Origin: Daphnia carinata
Lineage: Eukaryota
Direction of reading: 5' to 3'
Length of the DNA: 64,000 bases
Assembly (NCBI RefSeq): GCF_022539665.2
Contig: NC_081331.1
Location: 8,060,001 to 8,124,000, forward strand
The translations under genes were made by a program, and so were the position numbers. Positions 58,636 through 64,000 of the stretch are shown here, piece after piece. Numbering within the stretch: the first letter of the stretch is position 1; every line of letters begins with the position of its first letter. The notes below the pieces were generated by a model. The model saw nothing but the letters and a program-made list of their open reading frames with translations, was not told where the DNA came from and searched no databases.

Positions 58636-61170
58636 CCCTTCCCAGCGTATGTAACTTCTTCTCCCCTACATCATACAAATCGAAATCAAGCTGACTGCAA
58701 ATCACTTGGCCCCTTAGGGTGCAACCTTTTAAATAATCTTAGACGCGCCTGAATTGAATACTGCTTGTAACGGGATCTGAAAATTTGTAAATGGAATTCT
58801 CGGTGTTAATTCATTCGTATTCGATCTTAGCTTAGCGACTTGTCGGGATTTAAGCTGAGGCTCCCTATCAACTGACCCAAAGTTACAGTTGATACCTATT
58901 GGTTTCTCTGACGCTGAGGAGGACCTGGGATGATAGGCCTTTTCGGATTTTTCGACCTAGGGCAATTGTTTGACCTATGGTAAATTACCCGTCAACAATA
59001 GCAAACTGGTGGTTGAGCTTATTCCAAGTACTGACGTTGGAATAGGCGACAATCAGCCTGAGAACGACTACGATATCCCCAAAAATTACAAATCAGCCTC
59101 AGTTGAGTAGTCCTGTAGTAGAATCATTGGCTGGTCTCGAAAAAGAAGGTCTAAGAGCTGTAGGCCTAGTCAGAAATTTTTAATAAAGGTTGCGTGTGAT
59201 TGGAATTCGTTTGGATGGGTTACGCTCCAATATCTGTCCTGACTACTGTTACTAGCTTGGAAAGAAAACCAAAAACAGTTTCGTACATGGGTCGCTTGTT
59301 GGATAAGAAACATTAACTTTTATATCAAATTGCCAGAAATTGCAAATCAAATTTTAGAATTGTCTTATAGCTCTGTTTAGCTCATGAAAGGAACGATACG
59401 GTATAGTAACACAGCAGAGCTCCCTGTTTCCGATAAAGCCAAGTATGGATCAAGGATTGAAAATCATAAAAACAGTCGGCAGGATCGAGGAACTATATCG
59501 ATTTAAAGTAAAGAGTCCTCCGAGCCTTCTCCCAGTCAACAGAAGGTTTTGTGAACAAGCTAATTATGCAAACGCATCTACGTCTATTTCATTCAGGAGT
59601 TAAGACGACTATGATGCAGCTAAGAGAAAAATTTTGGATCATCCACGGACGGGAACAATTATAAACAAATTCTAAGATCTTGCGTCATTACCGCAAACAA
59701 TAATCAAGAGCATTATGGAAGTTATTGCGCCTCTGCCACTTGACCGGATCCGCAAGAGCCATCGTTTGAGACAACTGGTGTAGACTTCGCAGAAACAATC
59801 TACGTGAAGAAGAGTGCTAAATCAAAATCTACCACAAAGGCTTACTTTGCCATCTTTACGTGTGCTGTTATCAGAGCCCCGCATTTGGAATTAGTGCACA
59901 ACTTTTTAACACCTTCATTTTTACGAGCATTGCGCCGTTTCGTTGCTGGTCCGTTCAAGCCGTCAACAACTCCCAGCCGCTGACCTACACCTCAGAGGAT
60001 GTGGGGTTGGAAGGCCCGTTAACCCCAATTCAACTCCCGATTGGTAGAAGGCTTACTGAGCTTCCTTTCCTCACACAGCAAGATTTTGATCGCTCGTCTA
60101 ACCGTAAAGCCCTTTTGCGGCGCGAAATACATCGATTAGCGCTAGTAAAAACTGGTGGAGTCGGTGGCACGTGGAGTATCTGTATGAGCTCGTCCGCCAT
60201 AACAACTGAAAGTCGAAAAATAAAGTGAAGGCAGGGGGCGTGGTTCTCGTACACGATGACAATACTCATCAACAAATGTGGAAGTCGGGCATTGTATTGG
60301 AAACAGTACCTGGTAGAGATGGACACGTCCGTATCATTAGGCTGAAAAAAGCAAAACATGTCATCAAGCGCCCGGTTCAACGCTTATACCCGACGGAACT
60401 AAACATCAGACCTAGGAATTCGAACGCTGGAAGCTGATTTAATATAAGCGCCCCAACCGTCAACTAGGGATATCGGGTCGGAGCTTGCAGTTAACGAATC
60501 GTAACAACCAATGACTGGCGACGGAATATCAGGAATCGATTCTCCATCACATCTAGCAGACTCGACGGGGGAGGATTTTGGAAAACGTCGTCATTATTTT
60601 AGATTTGCCCGTACCATTAAACCTAATTGGCGAATGCGTAGGGAATGAGGAAAGGCTTCCCACGCCACAAGCCCATCTTAGATTTTTTTTTACTGGTCAC
60701 GACCTCGCTTAGGGTGAGCCTCCAGTAGAATGAATTGAGAAATGCTATGTTCAAGTCGTCATACTTACGCAAGACCAATAAATTAAGGAAGGAAAATAAA
60801 GAAATTCAAGGTTAAAGTGTTGGCGCGTCTATCAATCTACTAGGCAATTTCTAACGCAAAGGGTAAAAATAAGTAATAAAATTACAATAAAAATTCTTAC
60901 AGGATATGCGCATTTGAAAATTTCCTGCAAACGATGATGAGCGTATTCTACAATCTTTTCCCCTGGCTTACGTTTAGCTTTATTACATTTCTTTTGATAA
61001 AGGTCTTGATTTTCATCTATATGAAAATGATTAAGAAGAGATTCTTTAATTACGGCGGAATCATGTGGATGAGCTTTCAAAGTCTCCTGAATAATTGAAA
61101 AAGCTTTATCTGTCAACTTGACTCTTAACATCTGAATAGCTTTTTCTTCTGACAAACCTGCCCACACGGC
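58636..61170 (-). mobile_element. Degraded third copy of the same Gypsy family (gag 60897-61170; gag-PR junction 58636-59300)
   Basis: SEEKAIQMLR.KLTDKAFS..KRKPGEKIVEYAH; the junction keeps the TATCAACTG/CAGTTGATA stem and QLDFDLYDVGEKKLHTLGRV. Confidence 0.85.
59400..60590 (+). mobile_element. BEL/Pao integrase and C-terminal fragment
   Basis: TGVDFA, FTCAVIRAPHLELV, FLRALRRFVA, VVLVHDD..WK.G.V....PGRDG.VR...KRPVQRLYP; GGGGGAGGA PPT-like run at ~60567. Confidence 0.85.
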
Positions 61171-61489
61171 ACGACGGGCCTAAGTACCGCTGCAGAACTT
61201 CCTACCATCCTCCTCAGTGTTCTCCATAACCGTCCTAAATTCCTTTTAGAACCTTCTTTTTGGTCACCTGGTAGTTGCCTGACAGGCTCTTCAGTCCCTC
61301 TTACATCACCTTCAGCTAGTACTAAGAACCTCCCATGATGAAAAAAATTGCGGATATGTATTCGATATACCTAGCTGCTTTATATAAGTTTCATAGAATT
61401 TGAATGCAATTAAAACATAAAAGGAATATTAAACGACAACAGATTTATTTGAAATTCTATATTCAATTTCAAAAACTTTATCTTTTATT

Positions 61490-61620
61490 GGGATTCGCGT
61501 GAAATAGGACTGAAACGATATAGGACTGGGAGAAATAGGACTGACTTTTAAAATATTTTAGTACAGTCCTATTTCTCCATGGCATTAGTCCTATTTCTCT
61601 TTATAGATAGTCCTATTCCG
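61490..61620. repeat. Short motif array: ATAGGACT x3, then AGTCCTAT x3
   Basis: Direct then inverted copies, typical of DNA-transposon subterminal repeats. Confidence 0.6.
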
Positions 61621-62350
61621 TTTAACTTTTTCCAATTGGAACGACGAGCCTCCAATCCGGATAAATTGCCTAAGAACGTCGGCTTATACCCAATTTCCTT
61701 TTTAAAAAACCGATGGTGTTAACTCATTACTTAAATGGTTCACAAAACTTTTTTTATGGTATTTTAATTAAAATTGCAGGAGAACGTGAACAATATTGTA
61801 TTTAATAGAGTTCATTTAACAAAATACAATTTGAGCAAAATCAGAAATATTTATTACTTATATTGCACTTTATGTGGTCATAACAAACTTTTCCAATTGC
61901 ACTAATGTTTGACTATTTCACACTACTATCGTTGCATAATATACAGCTCTTACATATTTTGATTTTGCTCTAATAGTATTTTATTACTATTTGTTAATTA
62001 CCATGAAATTACATGTCCAGTTACATAGGAGGTGCAATACGTTAGCCCATAGGCATTTTTTAGGTGGTATGATTGAAATTGGTCTATTTTTCCCGTTTTA
62101 CGACCGAATAGAATGACAGCGAATTTTATTTTTCAGTAGACTATGCATTTCCACCGCTAATGGCTGTTTCCTAGTTTTAACCTGAAATTTCTAATATAAG
62201 GAATTGCCGCATTTTCTGACCAGATGTTACAGGATTCGGTTTGTCAGGTTTGGCTTTAGTTATTAGAAAAATAGGCAAAATGGTGACGCTAAGCACTTGG
62301 CTGGCATAGTAGTAACATCCAAAACTGTCACGATGTTGTCCCGGATCATA

Positions 62351-63245
62351 CCCTACTAGCACTGTGCCGTCATAGGGACATTCGTAAGATATCCGTCGTA
62401 TCCGAGCTGGATATCCGTTTCGACGTCCGACGGATATCACAGGGACTTCCTAATGTCCGCTCTTAGGGACATCACAACAAGGATGTCTTGTCGGTTTGCA
62501 TATGAATGTCCCCATAACGTCCATGTACAGATATCCCTGTAACGTCCCGCAGAAACCAAATAAGGATGTGGCGCGTACTTAGGAAAGGAGAAAAAAGAGG
62601 TGATGTATACTGGATTCGAACTCGAGACTCCCGCACAACAGCCGAGTGTGCTATCCATTAAACCAATTCAAGTTGTATAAATTAATGTTGTTAATTGTTG
62701 TTAATTGATGTTAACCAGAGAAATGAAAGTTTTCCTGAGAGATCGTAAGTATCCTAGTAACGTACCTCAGTTAATTAGGTTGCATTTCTCAGGCCCATTA
62801 TTACAGTCCAAAATCACAGTATTGTTTAACTGTATCGTGATTGCCGTCTATAACTGAATAATAAACTAACTTAATGATGGATTCTATGCCTATTTTTTAT
62901 TATGAGTCCCTGTACAATAAAACACGTCGGGTTTTTGACGTCATTTGGATGTGGAATTCAAATTTTTGCCGTATGTCCCCGTTTGGACATCCGATGTATG
63001 TCCCCGTTTGGACATCCGATGTATGTCCCCGTTCGGACATCCGTTGTACGTCCCATTGTAGACCGCTGCCCGAAGGCAATTTCATCTCCTCGTTGGATAT
63101 CTCTGAGATGTCCGGCTAAGGATGTTCGAACAACGTCCCATTAGGTACGTCCATAGGATGTCTCAATGGCGTCGAAAGACGACGGACCTAAATCGGATCT
63201 GCCGACGTCTCTATGACATCCTCAAGACAAAGTGTGCTAGTAGGG
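62351..63245. mobile_element. Non-autonomous TIR element (MITE), EnSpm/CMC-like
   Basis: TIRs CCCTACTAGCAC / GTGCTAGTAGGG flanked by TA on both sides; many GGACATC/GATGTCC-type subterminal motifs; 25-bp tandem repeat x3 at ~62971-63045. Confidence 0.8.
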
Positions 63246-64000
63246 TACTGCTGTACCATGCGATCCACACCGTGACGTTAGCTTTTATTTCACTAATTGT
63301 AGTGCTCGACCTCCATCCTATTGAAACAGTTTTATTGTTTGTGTTTTTAATCATTTCTTTTGGTTGCCTTTGTTAGTTCATTAACGTTAGCGAATAATTT
63401 TTTGGAACCCACACATTGTCTTCGTCATTCGTGTGAAAAACAGCCGCCTTAATAATTTATTGAATAAACAATGGTAAACCCCAAAATTTATATTATCTAA
63501 CAATTTTACTTGATTTTATATATTTCTTTGAAACAGCCAAATGTTTTTGTGTTACTTGAAACGCACGAGTCTTACTTTCATGGAGGGATCTTCTAAAGCA
63601 CTCCTGAGCATATCACCAACAATTTCTTGAATTGAAAATATTGGCATGTTCCTCCATAATTTTCCAGCTTCGTGCTCTCATTCCCATCTACAATGCTTTC
63701 AAAAGATTCTAATCATGAGTCGAAACGTACAAGAGGGCTTCCCGAAAAAGAAGGAAGTAATTGTAAACGGGAGGTCTGCTGGTTATTTTGGGCTGGTCAT
63801 TTAAATCGTTAACAGTGGCTGCTCTTGAGGGAGAAAAAAATTCAACCATGTTTGGATTCAATGTGGGAAATTTCGAAGTTCCTCCCTTCGGATTCTGAGG
63901 GTGCTCTGCAATGTTATGCGTAATTGCTCGAGATTCTCTTGCTTTTCTTCCGGTTGATTGGATCGCTGAACTCGTGGGGAGTGTTAAGTGCGTGAGGAAG

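Overview
Eukaryotic, AT-rich DNA with short introns, from an arthropod (probably Daphnia, inferred from the Tyr/Thr-repeat gene family and intron style). The window is dense in transposons and is a patchwork of broken, intron-containing host-gene copies: TDRD12-like, Tyr/Thr-repeat secreted proteins, DNAJC12, VDAC/porin, Rop/Munc18, trichoplein and a scrambled tudor with long inverted repeats. The main finding is two diverged members of one Ty3/Gypsy lineage (7935-19049 +, defective; 34679-47014 -, apparently intact with matching LTRs and an AGTG TSD), plus a third remnant. Both have a retrovirus-like layout: tRNA-Leu PBS, long gag with a conserved second protein overprinted in another frame, a GGGAAAC -1 frameshift signal, pol, a conserved small accessory ORF, and an env-like glycoprotein. 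By motif the glycoprotein resembles class III fusogens (herpesvirus gB / chuvirus G) rather than errantivirus Env. Also present: a full-length DIRS1-type tyrosine-recombinase retroelement, a pogo-like transposase, a BEL/Pao fragment and a MITE. All homology calls are by-eye recognition; no searches were run.
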